This document shows positions 35,688 through 45,938 of a stretch of 55,779 nt of DNA, piece after piece. Position 1 is the first letter of the stretch. Each line of letters starts with the position of its first letter. The position numbers and the translations under genes were made by a program. Source of the stretch: a virus. Lineage: Duplodnaviria; Caudoviricetes. Under the pieces are notes generated by a model, which made no database searches, was not told the origin of the DNA, and saw only the letters and a program-made list of their open reading frames with translations. The DNA lies in IMG/VR virus record IMGVR_UViG_3300017565_000006, positions 1-55,779 of that record; one strand, given 5' to 3'.

Positions 35688-37005
35688 ACCGGTTGACGCC
35701 TACGGGCGGCGTACGCTTCCGTCGCCCGATCACGCGATTCCCTTGCCCGATAAGCTGGTCCCGGCATTCTTGCCCCCGGCGCGCTATCGGTGTAGCCACG
35801 GCGGCCGCGGCAGTGCCAAAACTCGATCATTTGCGCTTATGACGGCGGTGCGCGCCGCCATGTTTGCCGAGATGGGTGTGTCTGGCGTCGTACTCTGCGG
35901 CCGCGAGTACATGAATTCCCTCGAAGAGTCATCCATGGAGGAAGTGAAACAGGCGATCCGCTCGTTGCCGTGGCTCAATAGATATTTCGATATCGGCGAG
36001 AAATACATCAGAACAAAGAATCGCCGAGTCTCGTACGTCTTTGCTGGTTTGCGTAAATCACTCGACTCGATCAAGTCAAAGGCCCGCATTCTCATTGCGT
36101 GGATTGACGAAGCGGAAAGCGTGAGTGAAGCGGGCCTGATCAAATTGTTCCCAACCGTGCGCGAGGAAGGCATGGTAAATGGCGTGCCATGGAATTCAGA
36201 GATCTGGCTCACATGGAACCCTGAGTTAGAGGGCTCGCCCGTCGATAAACGTTTCAGGCAAAACTGTCCGCATAATGCAATCGTTGTAGAAATGAACTAC
36301 ACCGATAACCCGTGGTTCCCGCAGGTTTTGGACGAAGAGCGGTTGAATGATCGCGAGGTAATGGATGACGCGACGTATGCATGGGTGTGGGAAGGCGCCT
36401 ATCGTAAGAACAGCGACGCTCAAATCCTGAATGGCAAATATCGCGTCATGGACTTTGACCGCGATGCATTGGAAGGCGACGGACCATACTTCGGCGTTGA
36501 CTGGGGCTTTTCTCAGGATCCGACTGCAGGACTCAAGCTGCGTATCAATGACCTACGTTTGTATGTTTGCTATGAGGCGGGCAAGGTCGGCCTGGAGTTG
36601 GATGATATTGCTGGCTATCTAATCGACCGCATTCCAGGCATTGAGAATGCCGTTGTCCGAGCAGACAACGCGCGCCCCGAAACAATCTCTCACGTCAAGA
36701 GCAAAGGCTTTCCACCGAACAGGCGCAATCTTCCTCGCATCATTGCCGCGAACAAGTGGCCCGGATCTGTGGAAGACGGTATTGCACATCTGCGCTCATA
36801 CAAAGAAATCATTGTGCATCCGGAATGCACTAAGTTTTTGTTCGAGGCGCGACGATACAGTTACAAGGTCGATAGGCTGACGGGTGAAGTCACAACCGAC
36901 ATTATCGACAAGCATAACCACTACATTGACGCCAGCCGATATGCGCTCGATCCGCTCGTGAAACGCAAATCGCCCGGTGGCATTCTGCTTCCAAATCGAA
37001 GGTAA
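35677..37005 (+). CDS. terL: terminase large subunit (PBSX/SPP1-like)
   Basis: HGGRGSAKT, WIDEAE, TWNP, NYTDNPWFP, GVDWGFSQDP, NHYIDASRYA. Confidence 0.95.
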   Translation: MQLRPVDAYGRRTLPSPDHAIPLPDKLVPAFLPPARYRCSHGGRGSAKTRSFALMTAVRAAMFAEMGVSGVVLCGREYMNSLEESSMEEVKQAIRSLPWLNRYFDIGEKYIRTKNRRVSYVFAGLRKSLDSIKSKARILIAWIDEAESVSEAGLIKLFPTVREEGMVNGVPWNSEIWLTWNPELEGSPVDKRFRQNCPHNAIVVEMNYTDNPWFPQVLDEERLNDREVMDDATYAWVWEGAYRKNSDAQILNGKYRVMDFDRDALEGDGPYFGVDWGFSQDPTAGLKLRINDLRLYVCYEAGKVGLELDDIAGYLIDRIPGIENAVVRADNARPETISHVKSKGFPPNRRNLPRIIAANKWPGSVEDGIAHLRSYKEIIVHPECTKFLFEARRYSYKVDRLTGEVTTDIIDKHNHYIDASRYALDPLVKRKSPGGILLPNRR

Positions 37006-37011
37006 ACCGCT

Positions 37012-38376
37012 ATGACAAAACCATCAAAGTTACAACTGGCGGTGAATCACGCCGTACAGGACTATAACAATCGCTATCGTGCATGGGCCGCCGCTAACCG
37101 TGACTTTGGCACGGGTGGCTTAGACGGCAAGCGCCCGCGCGCGTGGTGTGAGTACGGGTTCAAAGAGCACTTAGAGTTTGCAGACTTTTACAACGCCTAT
37201 CGTCGACGCGGAATTGCATTCGGCGCAGTCGATAAGCTGGTCAACGCATGCTGGTCGACGTTCCCGTGGTTGATTGAAGGCGATCCCGATGAAGAGTCGG
37301 ACACGGAAAGCGCATGGGAAAAGCAAGCCTCGAAAATGTTTCGTCCGCTCTTCTGGAGTGCATTCGAGACGGCCGACCGATACAGGCTCGCCGCTCGATA
37401 CTCGGCGCTTATCCTTCACTTCGCCGATAACCTGAATTGGGATCAGCCTGTCAGGCGCAATTCCAAGCTGATCAAAATGACGCCCGTGTGGCAAAGCGCT
37501 CTGAAGCCAACGAAGTTCAACGAGGAACGCAGCTCGATTGATTTCGGTGAGCCCACAGAATGGCATTACACCGAGTCAGCCAAGGAAGGGTCTACGCAGG
37601 CGCTTACGGTTCACGCGGATCGCGTTTTCATCCTGGGCGATTGGCGCGCCGGTGCGCTCGGCTTCCTTGAGCCCGTGTTCAACAATCTGGTGAGCATGGA
37701 AAAGGTAGAAGGCGGAAGCGGTGAATCATTCCTGAAAAACGCAGCTCGGCAATTATCCGTTTCCTTCGATAAAGAAATCGATTTGTCAAGCCTCGCGCAG
37801 ATGTATGGAGTTTCTCTAAACGAGCTTCACGAAAAATTTAACGAAGCGACGCGAGAGCTGAATCGCGGTAATGACGTGATGCTCATCAACCAGGGCGCCA
37901 CCGTCAATCCGCTCGTGTCCGATGTGCCCGACCCAACACCCACATTCAACGTCAATTTGCAAGTCGTGGCGTGCGGCCTTGACATTCCTAGCAAGATCCT
38001 GGTCGGCATGCAGACCGGCGAACGTGCATCGAGCGAGGATCAGAAATACTTCGACAAACGCTGTCAGGCGCGCCGGGTCAAGCAATTGTCGTTCGAGGTC
38101 GAGAACCTCATGCGCCGATTGATGCGGCTCGGGACGCTTACGCCGAAGGACGAAATCAGCGTCATGTGGACTGACCTGACGGAACAGACGGGCGCCGATA
38201 AGCTGGCCAATGCAAAGGTCATGAGCGAAATCAACAGCGCAAATCAGGCGAGCGGCGTTGAAATCTTCGATGGGAATGAAATCCGAGTTGCCGCGGGCTT
38301 TGAGCCGACAACGCTGAAGCCGCTTCCGGACGATGAACCTGTCGACGACAACATCACCGGGGGCGACGAGGAATAA
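37012..38376 (+). CDS. portal protein (DUF1073-like)
   Basis: Follows TerL; AWCEYG, KVEGGSGESFLKNAARQL, IPSKILVGMQTGERAS. Confidence 0.85.
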   Translation: MTKPSKLQLAVNHAVQDYNNRYRAWAAANRDFGTGGLDGKRPRAWCEYGFKEHLEFADFYNAYRRRGIAFGAVDKLVNACWSTFPWLIEGDPDEESDTESAWEKQASKMFRPLFWSAFETADRYRLAARYSALILHFADNLNWDQPVRRNSKLIKMTPVWQSALKPTKFNEERSSIDFGEPTEWHYTESAKEGSTQALTVHADRVFILGDWRAGALGFLEPVFNNLVSMEKVEGGSGESFLKNAARQLSVSFDKEIDLSSLAQMYGVSLNELHEKFNEATRELNRGNDVMLINQGATVNPLVSDVPDPTPTFNVNLQVVACGLDIPSKILVGMQTGERASSEDQKYFDKRCQARRVKQLSFEVENLMRRLMRLGTLTPKDEISVMWTDLTEQTGADKLANAKVMSEINSANQASGVEIFDGNEIRVAAGFEPTTLKPLPDDEPVDDNITGGDEE

Positions 38377-38378
38377 TC

Positions 38379-39278
38379 ATGGCTCGCATGGCGATCATTC
38401 CGGGCACGGCTGAAGACCCGACTGCGCTCGATGCAAAGGTCAGGCTTGCCGCCAAGGATTTCGCTCGTCGCTTCCGGGAGATCGGGCGCCGATACCGGAA
38501 GCGGCTCGAAATGATCCCCGCTTATCCCGTGGTCAACGCCCGCTACACGTTCCTGCTCGATTCGGTCTCGATGCCGGCGCTGCTCGAAGATCTGGGACGG
38601 ATCGTTGACAGCATCCTCTTGGAAGGGGGCGATCAAAATCTGTGGCTTTACGAGGTGCATGTGGCCGTGGCCGAGCGGCGCGGGGTGGCGCAGGCGTTCG
38701 CCAACCTCTCCGCTCAATCACCAGCCTACAAGGCGGAAAAGCGGACACTGGAAAACGTACTGCGCTCGGATCCCGTCCGCCGGAGGATGGCCCTCACAAA
38801 GACGCGCGTTTTCGAGGAAATGAAAGGGCTGGTCGGGGAAGCAAAGACCGATTTGGCCCGGGTACTGACCGAGGGCATCGGCCGTGGCAAAAATCCATTG
38901 GAGATCGGACGCGAAATTGCCGAAAGGCTTCCCGTGAATGTTTCACGTGGAACAAAAATCGCTCGAACTGAAATGACGATGGCGCTAAAACGCGCAAAAT
39001 GGGATGAAGCAGAAGAGGCAAAAGAGCAATTTGGACTGCGGTCGATGGAAATGCACCTATCAGCGCTGTCCCCGACCACGCGCCCGACACACGCAGAACG
39101 GCACGCAAAACTCTATACCGTGGCTCAGGTTCGGGATTGGTGGAGCAAGGATGCGAACGCGATCAACTGCAAATGCAGCACCACGACAGTGCTCGTCGAT
39201 GCCAAGGGCAAACCCCTAGTGCCAGCGATTGTCGACCGTGCAAAACGCGCATTGCGCAATAAAGCAAAACGTGCTTAG
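38379..39278 (+). CDS. head morphogenesis protein (SPP1 gp7 / Mu F-like)
   Basis: KIARTE, TTRPTHAERH, INCKC. Confidence 0.88.
   Translation: MARMAIIPGTAEDPTALDAKVRLAAKDFARRFREIGRRYRKRLEMIPAYPVVNARYTFLLDSVSMPALLEDLGRIVDSILLEGGDQNLWLYEVHVAVAERRGVAQAFANLSAQSPAYKAEKRTLENVLRSDPVRRRMALTKTRVFEEMKGLVGEAKTDLARVLTEGIGRGKNPLEIGREIAERLPVNVSRGTKIARTEMTMALKRAKWDEAEEAKEQFGLRSMEMHLSALSPTTRPTHAERHAKLYTVAQVRDWWSKDANAINCKCSTTTVLVDAKGKPLVPAIVDRAKRALRNKAKRA
38939..38954. promoter_or_regulatory. parS: chromosomal-type parS site
   Basis: TGTTTCACGTGGAACA; the reverse complement TGTTCCACGTGAAACA matches the TGTTNCACGTGAAACA consensus exactly. Confidence 0.75.
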
Positions 39279-39356
39279 CCTGGATCATTCAAATTTTTGA
39301 ATTTGCTTTTTAGAAAAAGTCAATAAATAATCCACCCCGCTCGCCTCGGAGGGATA

Positions 39357-40637
39357 ATGCCTATCCACGTTAATGTAACTGCCAAAGTCAATAGCAAATC
39401 GATCCGACGCGAGATCCACAACGGTCGCTCTCACTGGGTCATCCCCTCCTATACCTTGCCTTTTGACGTTGTGATGAACGGCGTCATGTACCCCAAGGCT
39501 GAAGTCGAAAAGCATTTCAGCGGATTGGAGGGCACCTTGGCGCCCTTCGGTCATCCGACCGTGAACGGCCAACACGTTTCCGCTTTTTCGCCTGAAGGCA
39601 TCAACGCTTTCCACGTGGGCGCCTGGAATCGAAACGTGAAGCTTGCCGGCACGCGCGTGTACGCGGAAAAGTGGCTTGACGTGGACGTGGCCAACCGCAC
39701 CGAAAACGGCAAACGCCTGATTGAGCGCCTTGAAGCGCTGGAGCGTGGTGACGATGTACCGCCGATTCATAGCAGTGTGGCGCTTTTCATTGAACGCATG
39801 GAAGTTGCGGACAAGGATCGCGAAAAGCTTGGATATGAAGCTGTCGCCAAGATTCATCAAATGGACCATGATGCTATTTTGCTTGATGAAGTGGGGGCGG
39901 CTACTCCTGAGCAGGGCGTTGGATTGATGGTCAACGCGGATGACGCGCAAAACATCAAGGTGAATTCCGGCGCGCTCGTTGGCGAGTCTTTCCGTGAACG
40001 CGAGAAACGTTTGTCTCAAGCCGTTTATGAAACATTCGGCAAGGGCGAGGATAACTATGCGTGGGTCGCGGACTTCACAACCGATCAAGTCGTTGTCGTG
40101 TCAAAGGACGGCACAAAGGTATATGGATATGCTGTCGACAATGGCATCGTAAGTTTCGACGGCGAAGGCGTGCCGGTCGAACGACAGGAAACATGGGTGG
40201 CACGTCTTCCCGTGGTCAATAAGATTGTTTCTTTTTTCAAAAACCGTCAGGCGCGGCCTGATTTTTCGGAGGTATCCACTATGGACGAGAAAGAGAAGGC
40301 CGCATTGGTCGAAGCGGTCAACGCAAGTGTCGCCAGCACGCTGCAAGGTGTTTTGGCACCCATCACCGAGCGCTTGAGCGCGCTTGAAACCAACCAGAAG
40401 ACGATCACTGAATCCGTGACCGCCAATGCTCGCGCCGTCGAAGCGGAAAAGCGTGCCGTTGTCGCAGCGAAGCTCGGTGAAGTCGTCGCCAATGCGCTGA
40501 GCGGCGAAGCGCTCGATAAGGCCCATGAACAGTGTCTGACTGCGAAGGGCATCGGCCAGGGCAGCACCGCGCAGGAAAAGCCCGCGCTGGCGCCGAACGC
40601 CGATGAAGTCGCGAACTATTTCGGGAGCAACAAGTAA
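39357..40637 (+). CDS. capsid maturation protease/scaffold
   Basis: Position; VMNG..YP, APFGHP, DHDAILLDEVGAATPEQGVG; helical C-terminal scaffold region. Confidence 0.8.
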   Translation: MPIHVNVTAKVNSKSIRREIHNGRSHWVIPSYTLPFDVVMNGVMYPKAEVEKHFSGLEGTLAPFGHPTVNGQHVSAFSPEGINAFHVGAWNRNVKLAGTRVYAEKWLDVDVANRTENGKRLIERLEALERGDDVPPIHSSVALFIERMEVADKDREKLGYEAVAKIHQMDHDAILLDEVGAATPEQGVGLMVNADDAQNIKVNSGALVGESFREREKRLSQAVYETFGKGEDNYAWVADFTTDQVVVVSKDGTKVYGYAVDNGIVSFDGEGVPVERQETWVARLPVVNKIVSFFKNRQARPDFSEVSTMDEKEKAALVEAVNASVASTLQGVLAPITERLSALETNQKTITESVTANARAVEAEKRAVVAAKLGEVVANALSGEALDKAHEQCLTAKGIGQGSTAQEKPALAPNADEVANYFGSNK

Positions 40638-41095
40638 TGAGCCGTTATCGTCGCGTCAATATTGACGGCAAGTCGCTCTACAAAACTGAGACTCGCCGCA
40701 TGGCCGCCGCACTTCTGCCCGGCACCTTCATTGTGATCAATGGCAATGACCAGTTTGCGCAGGCAACCGCGCTCACCGGTCGCATTTACGTGCTCGATGC
40801 CGCGCTGTCGCAGGGGCTCACCATTCGGGACGCCGTTCCCCAAGGTGATTCCGGCGAAGGCAATTATGTGGAAGAGGGTCGCGAGCTGGCCATTCTTTGC
40901 CCGGCTGGCACGTATGCCAAAGACACCCCCATCAAGCTGGGCACGCAGGGACGCGGCGCTATCGCTGCGAACGATGGCGACTCGGTCATTGGCTATTCGC
41001 AGGATGACGCTGTGATTCCGAACGGTGAGACGGATTTCATCCGCGTGCGTATGCGCGTGGGCACCGTCGTGCACCCTGAAGCGGAAGCGGGCTAA
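40637..41095 (+). CDS. head decoration protein
   Basis: 152 aa between scaffold and MCP; RYRRVNIDG. Confidence 0.7.
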   Translation: MSRYRRVNIDGKSLYKTETRRMAAALLPGTFIVINGNDQFAQATALTGRIYVLDAALSQGLTIRDAVPQGDSGEGNYVEEGRELAILCPAGTYAKDTPIKLGTQGRGAIAANDGDSVIGYSQDDAVIPNGETDFIRVRMRVGTVVHPEAEAG

Positions 41096-41119
41096 CCGGC
41101 GGGCACTAGGAGAAAACAA

Positions 41120-42223
41120 ATGTATTTCACTGCAAATTCACTTCAGCACCGCACTGTTCGCCAACACTGGGATCATCTGTGGGCTCAGCGTAACCTGTTC
41201 AACGTGAATCACTCGGCGATGGTGGAGCGCATGCGCTCTCACATGACGCCGGAAATGCTCGCAGCAAACGCTGCGGCAGGGTTCACTCGTGATTTCTGGA
41301 TGGACATCGACCGGAGCATCATCGCTTCGCGTGAAACGGTCGAAGGCATGGAGATCGTTGACGATCTGATGGGCATTCAGACCACGTTGCCCATCGGCAA
41401 GACCGCCAAGCTTTATAACTTGGCCAATGCCGATATCGCCGATGACGTTTCCATCAGCATCGACGGTCAGGCGCCGTACAGCTTCGATCACACCGAGTTC
41501 GATTCGGACGGTGATCCGATTCCGGTATTCACTGCCGGCTTCGGCGCGAACTGGCGCGATGTGCAGGGTTTCAACACGGTGGGTATCGATATCATTGCGG
41601 ATTCGCAGAACGCGAAAATGCGCAAATTCAATACGCGCCTCGTTGATTACATCCTGAACGGCAGTGACCGCATTCAGGTCGCAACGTTCCCGGGCCAGGG
41701 TCTGAAGAATCACCGCAACACGGTCAAGATGGACCTGGGCGCGGGCGGCGCAAACATCGATCTGACAACGGCCAGCTTCCCCGAGCTGCTCGCTTTCTTC
41801 ACGACTGGCCTGTTTGGTCAGACGCTGCGCGCGAACCGTGTCACGGCATACGATGTCATGTGGGTGTCGCATGAAATCGCCGCGAATCTGGCGCAGCCGT
41901 ATCTGATCACGCTGAACCAGGGCACGAACGCCGCCATCGGTGGCACGGTGCAGGATGCACTCGCACGCTATCTGAACGTCAAGAGCATTCGCCCGACGTA
42001 CGCGCTGACCGGCAATGAGTTCTTGGCATACGAGCGCCGCCGCGACGTTCTGTCGCCGCTCGTTGGCATGACAACGGGTGTGGTTCCTCTGCCGCGCTTC
42101 ATGCCGCAGGAAAACTACAATTTCCAAATCATGGCTGCTATCGGTCTGCAGGTGAAACGTAACGACAACGGGCGCGGTGGCGTCCTGTATGCGTCCGAAA
42201 TCACCGAAGTGGACGAGGAATAA
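41120..42223 (+). CDS. major capsid protein
   Basis: 367 aa, AGGAG RBS, strong codon bias; DGDPIPVF, GLKNHRNT, PLVGMTTG. Confidence 0.85.
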   Translation: MYFTANSLQHRTVRQHWDHLWAQRNLFNVNHSAMVERMRSHMTPEMLAANAAAGFTRDFWMDIDRSIIASRETVEGMEIVDDLMGIQTTLPIGKTAKLYNLANADIADDVSISIDGQAPYSFDHTEFDSDGDPIPVFTAGFGANWRDVQGFNTVGIDIIADSQNAKMRKFNTRLVDYILNGSDRIQVATFPGQGLKNHRNTVKMDLGAGGANIDLTTASFPELLAFFTTGLFGQTLRANRVTAYDVMWVSHEIAANLAQPYLITLNQGTNAAIGGTVQDALARYLNVKSIRPTYALTGNEFLAYERRRDVLSPLVGMTTGVVPLPRFMPQENYNFQIMAAIGLQVKRNDNGRGGVLYASEITEVDEE

Positions 42224-42225
42224 TC

Positions 42226-42474
42226 ATGGCCAAGTATCGAGTCCTTCGCCCCTGGGTGGGCGTGAAGAAGCACGACATTGTCGAGCTGTCGAAACTCAAC
42301 CCCGCGATCAAGGCGCAGGTTGAGCTGGTCGGCGATGACGAGGAAGTGACGAAGCAAGCCGAGCCGGCAAAGCGTCGTGGGCGCCCTCCGGGCAGTGGCA
42401 AAAAGCTGACTGTCAATCCCGCTAGTGGGGAAGGCAGCAAGGAAGATGGCGACGGCGATAACACCGAAGCCTAA
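42226..42474 (+). CDS. small capsid-associated protein with AT-hook-like motif
   Basis: YRVLRPWVGVK; KRRGRPP. Confidence 0.65.
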   Translation: MAKYRVLRPWVGVKKHDIVELSKLNPAIKAQVELVGDDEEVTKQAEPAKRRGRPPGSGKKLTVNPASGEGSKEDGDGDNTEA

Positions 42475-42490
42475 CAAATAGTCATAAGTC

Positions 42491-42512
42491 GCGCGCCCAA
42501 GGACGGGCGCGT
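42491..42512 (+). promoter_or_regulatory. hairpin with C-AAGGAC-G loop (CsrA/RsmA-type site or terminator)
   Basis: CGCGCCC-AAGGAC-GGGCGCG. Confidence 0.5.
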
Positions 42513-42535
42513 GCAACCTCCTGGGAGCGTCCGAT

Positions 42536-44212
42536 ATGTCTAGTCTTACTGCACGCCGACAGGCGGCCAATACAAGTTTTGATCCTGCCGGCACGTCGCT
42601 CTCTGCGACCAACGTGCAAGGCGCAATCGAAGAAATCCTACAGTCAGGAATCGCCCCCGCTGTTGTTCGCGCAACGAACGTAATTCGCGGCGGCTTGAAC
42701 GGCATTCAATCTGGTGTGCTTGATGACATCGCCGCCGATGCAAATCGGCAGGCAATCCAGGCTCAAATTGACAATGCCGTCACTTTCGGAAAGATCGTAG
42801 AGGGCGATACGAGCAACGGCGGCGAGTTCCAGATTGCCGGCGGGCCTATCACCGTTCCAGGGTCGGCGACCGCTTTCACGTGGCGCGCGCGGCCGACTTT
42901 CACATTCCGCCAGCGCTCTAACAATATGCCAGTGCTGCAACTAGGTGTTGTTGGCTCAGGCACAACCGCGCTCATGTTCGATTGGGACGGCTGTACGCTG
43001 CACTACCAGAACGATCAGCCCGTAGCTGAGAACCCCAATTCGGCAGCGCTCGTATTCGGCAATGCATGGCTATCGCGCTTTGCAAACATTCGTGTATGCA
43101 ACACCATTTCCAGCACTCGGCCCGCCGATTGCGTGAAGGTCGCACAAGGCGCGGCCTTCTTTTCCAACAAGGTCAGCAATCTGTTTTGTTTCCAGCCGTA
43201 TCGATACGCGCTCAACATCGCGAACTTCGGCACGGAAAACCAATGGGACAATATCTATCTCTCAGGCGTCGGCCCGTCCGGTTCTGCGCAATCGCTTTCC
43301 GCGCTTCTCATGTGGGAAGTCGGAAGCGGTCAACAGACGCATGGAACGGTGTTCAACGGCGTTAATTTCGAGTGGGCGATTACCAACAACATCATGCGTA
43401 TCAACAATGCGCGCGGTGTCGTTTTCAATTCGCCGCACATTGAGCAGTGCCGCTTGTCCGGCGCCAACGCGGCAGTCATTCGCAACACCATTTCGCAATT
43501 GTTGTTCAATGGCGGTTGCATCCTTGATATTCACATTCTCAGCTCTTTGGTCGCGGACAATAACCCGTCTATCGTGCGTCATTTCAACAATGGACGAACG
43601 CAATGGAACGCTTTTTGGTGGTTGTCGAATCAGGCGAGCTATGTCAATCGTCCGTTCTACATGCATTTTCAGGCGGGCAACGAAGGGTTCAACACGCAGC
43701 CGGGCAAGCTGTTGCTGTTCCATCCCCAGTGGATCGACGGCGGCAGTTCAACGTCATTGCGCGACAATCTTCGCATTGATCGCACCATGGGCGGAGTTGA
43801 TATGTATGGTGGCGACTGGGGGACGATGTACACCCAAGCCGCTACCGAAGTTCATTCAGGCGCCGGCATGACTCGCGTTATTGAGGGCGATCTGCGTGTC
43901 GATGTGAACAAAACGCTTTATGGCTCTCAGATTGAGTCCGCGCGCGTCACCATTCCCGGCACGCTGAGCGCCAATATCGCAATCACGCTCTCTGATCGCA
44001 TGGGCCCACCCGATTCACGGTGGGGCAATGCCATTGTTCCCGATGGTGCGATTGTGACCGTGTTGCGCGGTGGCACGACTGTCATGAATTCGGAAATCAA
44101 GAACCATGACGGGACCACGATCACAACTATCGGCGCCGGTCTCGAAAGTCGCCAATTGAACTTTCAAAAGGTCGATGGCGACTGGACTCTGCTTTCTACT
44201 TCTACAGGCTAA
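42536..44212 (+). CDS. fibre/spike protein with parallel beta-helix (pectate-lyase-like)
   Basis: N-terminal SATNVQGAIEEI fibre motif; ANRQAIQAQID start of a pectate-lyase-3-like domain; Asn-rich beta repeats. Confidence 0.65.
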   Translation: MSSLTARRQAANTSFDPAGTSLSATNVQGAIEEILQSGIAPAVVRATNVIRGGLNGIQSGVLDDIAADANRQAIQAQIDNAVTFGKIVEGDTSNGGEFQIAGGPITVPGSATAFTWRARPTFTFRQRSNNMPVLQLGVVGSGTTALMFDWDGCTLHYQNDQPVAENPNSAALVFGNAWLSRFANIRVCNTISSTRPADCVKVAQGAAFFSNKVSNLFCFQPYRYALNIANFGTENQWDNIYLSGVGPSGSAQSLSALLMWEVGSGQQTHGTVFNGVNFEWAITNNIMRINNARGVVFNSPHIEQCRLSGANAAVIRNTISQLLFNGGCILDIHILSSLVADNNPSIVRHFNNGRTQWNAFWWLSNQASYVNRPFYMHFQAGNEGFNTQPGKLLLFHPQWIDGGSSTSLRDNLRIDRTMGGVDMYGGDWGTMYTQAATEVHSGAGMTRVIEGDLRVDVNKTLYGSQIESARVTIPGTLSANIAITLSDRMGPPDSRWGNAIVPDGAIVTVLRGGTTVMNSEIKNHDGTTITTIGAGLESRQLNFQKVDGDWTLLSTSTG

Positions 44213-44222
44213 GGAAACAAAC

Positions 44223-44468
44223 ATGCACCCCGATGCAATTGACGCAAGCTTTTTGTCACCGACGCGCAAGCGACAGGCCGTTGAAGCGGGTTCCATCATC
44301 AAATATCCGTGGGCAGGCAACGCCAAAACGTTGGCCATGAACGCGAGCGATATCATGGGTGAATCTTCGACGCCGTACGTTGCCGAGCTGGAATTGAGCC
44401 CGGATGCGGAAACGGATGTAGACGCCGTTCACACCGCGTACATCGTGCCCGTCACTCTGGCCGATTAA
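44223..44468 (+). CDS. hypothetical structural protein
   Basis: AAGGA RBS; 81 aa. Confidence 0.6.
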   Translation: MHPDAIDASFLSPTRKRQAVEAGSIIKYPWAGNAKTLAMNASDIMGESSTPYVAELELSPDAETDVDAVHTAYIVPVTLAD

Positions 44469-44483
44469 TCGGAGGATACAAAC

Positions 44484-45926
44484 ATGCCTTTGATTCTAGT
44501 CGGTCGATCTGTGCCGCCCCCGGGCCCCGATCCGGATCCAGATCCGGAGTTGCCGCCGACAACTCATTGGGTGACTGCCGATGCAACCGGATCCGGCGAC
44601 GGTTCGCAGGCGTCGCCCTTTACGCTATTGCAGGCGTGCGCAGCTGCTCAGCCCGATTGGGTGGTGGAAATTGGCCCCGGTGTTCACATTGGGCCTAATC
44701 GCGGCAGTCGTTTTGAACCGACATTCAGGATTGCTGCGCAAGGCTCCGAGGAGCATCCGATTATTTTCTTCGCGCGTAATTACGCTGCGTTGAATGAGTC
44801 GGGGCGCACGATCCTGCAGCACACTGGCACGGTTCAGGGTAGCGGGTGCCCGGTTCTTGGCTTAAGTACCGGTCATCGTTGGTACGGCCCGTACATCAAT
44901 GAAGACAACGCACCGAGCACCCCCGACACCGGGCCCGTTGTGATTAGTGGCCAACACACCCGCCTAGGTTACGCGAAAATCTTGCGCGGAACGGAATCAT
45001 GGCCGCAATCAGAGAACAACCACGCGGCAATTCGTTATGAAGGCGTGGCATGTCGCCACCACATTGTTCATGACTGTTGGATTGAAGGGTACAACGGCGT
45101 CGGCGCGAGCGGATCGCAACAGGCTATTCAGTTGTTCAGCGTGAACAACAACCCAGCGGAAACCACCGGGCTTGTCACGGTTGAAAATTGCTACTTCTAC
45201 GACAACCAATTTGCGTTGACGGTCAAGGGCGCTGGCGCCGCGCGTCCGATCAATGGCGGCATAATTTTCCGCCGCAACATTGTTCGCACAACCTCGCGCG
45301 GAAACTCCGGCGGCGTCGCATTCATGGACACGAGCGCAGAGCTTGGTCGCAATCAGGTGTATCAAAACATTTTTGTTGGCGGTAACGCTGCCGTGCGCAC
45401 GATGAATCAGGCTGGCCATCCGGTTACAGACATCGACATCATCAACAATACCGCGATCAACCTTGCTCCCGAGGGCGATGATTTTTACGGCTTCCATTCG
45501 GATCGCTACGAAATGGATATTGGTTCGGGCTGGCGCATCCACAACAACGTGAATGTCGGGACTGCGGTGCCGTTCTTCCGTTCGCCTTTCGGCGTGGATA
45601 GCGACGCAGCGGTCACTTCGCGCTCTCACAACATCAGCCAGTCTTCTACCTGGGGCTATGTCGAAGGGCTTGGGGGCGGCGTTCAAACGCTTGCGCAGTG
45701 GGTCTCACGCGGTAAGGATGGCAACAGTCTAGTAGCGAACGCAATGTTGCAGTCCACGACTTGGGGCAACGCGAACCTGGGCAAGCTGCAGGCCGGTTCC
45801 CCTGCGCTGAATTCTGGTGTCGATATTCTGAACTTGCTGGGCAATGGCACTAGTGCGTCGATCCATAGGGGCGCGTTCATCCTGCCCGATCAAACAGACG
45901 TAATTGGCATCAGGCCGCTCGCTTAA
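44484..45926 (+). CDS. right-handed beta-helix protein (putative polysaccharide lyase or binding protein)
   Basis: PD-repeat linker; GSGDGSQASPF-T-QA DUF1565-like start; ENCYFYDN, RRNIV, NNT, HNNV repeats; LQAGSPALNSG...GAF terminal motif. Confidence 0.75.
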   Translation: MPLILVGRSVPPPGPDPDPDPELPPTTHWVTADATGSGDGSQASPFTLLQACAAAQPDWVVEIGPGVHIGPNRGSRFEPTFRIAAQGSEEHPIIFFARNYAALNESGRTILQHTGTVQGSGCPVLGLSTGHRWYGPYINEDNAPSTPDTGPVVISGQHTRLGYAKILRGTESWPQSENNHAAIRYEGVACRHHIVHDCWIEGYNGVGASGSQQAIQLFSVNNNPAETTGLVTVENCYFYDNQFALTVKGAGAARPINGGIIFRRNIVRTTSRGNSGGVAFMDTSAELGRNQVYQNIFVGGNAAVRTMNQAGHPVTDIDIINNTAINLAPEGDDFYGFHSDRYEMDIGSGWRIHNNVNVGTAVPFFRSPFGVDSDAAVTSRSHNISQSSTWGYVEGLGGGVQTLAQWVSRGKDGNSLVANAMLQSTTWGNANLGKLQAGSPALNSGVDILNLLGNGTSASIHRGAFILPDQTDVIGIRPLA

Positions 45927-45938
45927 AGGAAAAGAGAT

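Noticed and set aside
37012-38376. Anti-CBASS Acb1 label sometimes attached to DUF1073 proteins
   Set aside because: Position and size indicate a portal protein, and I see no paired HxT/S 2H-phosphodiesterase motifs
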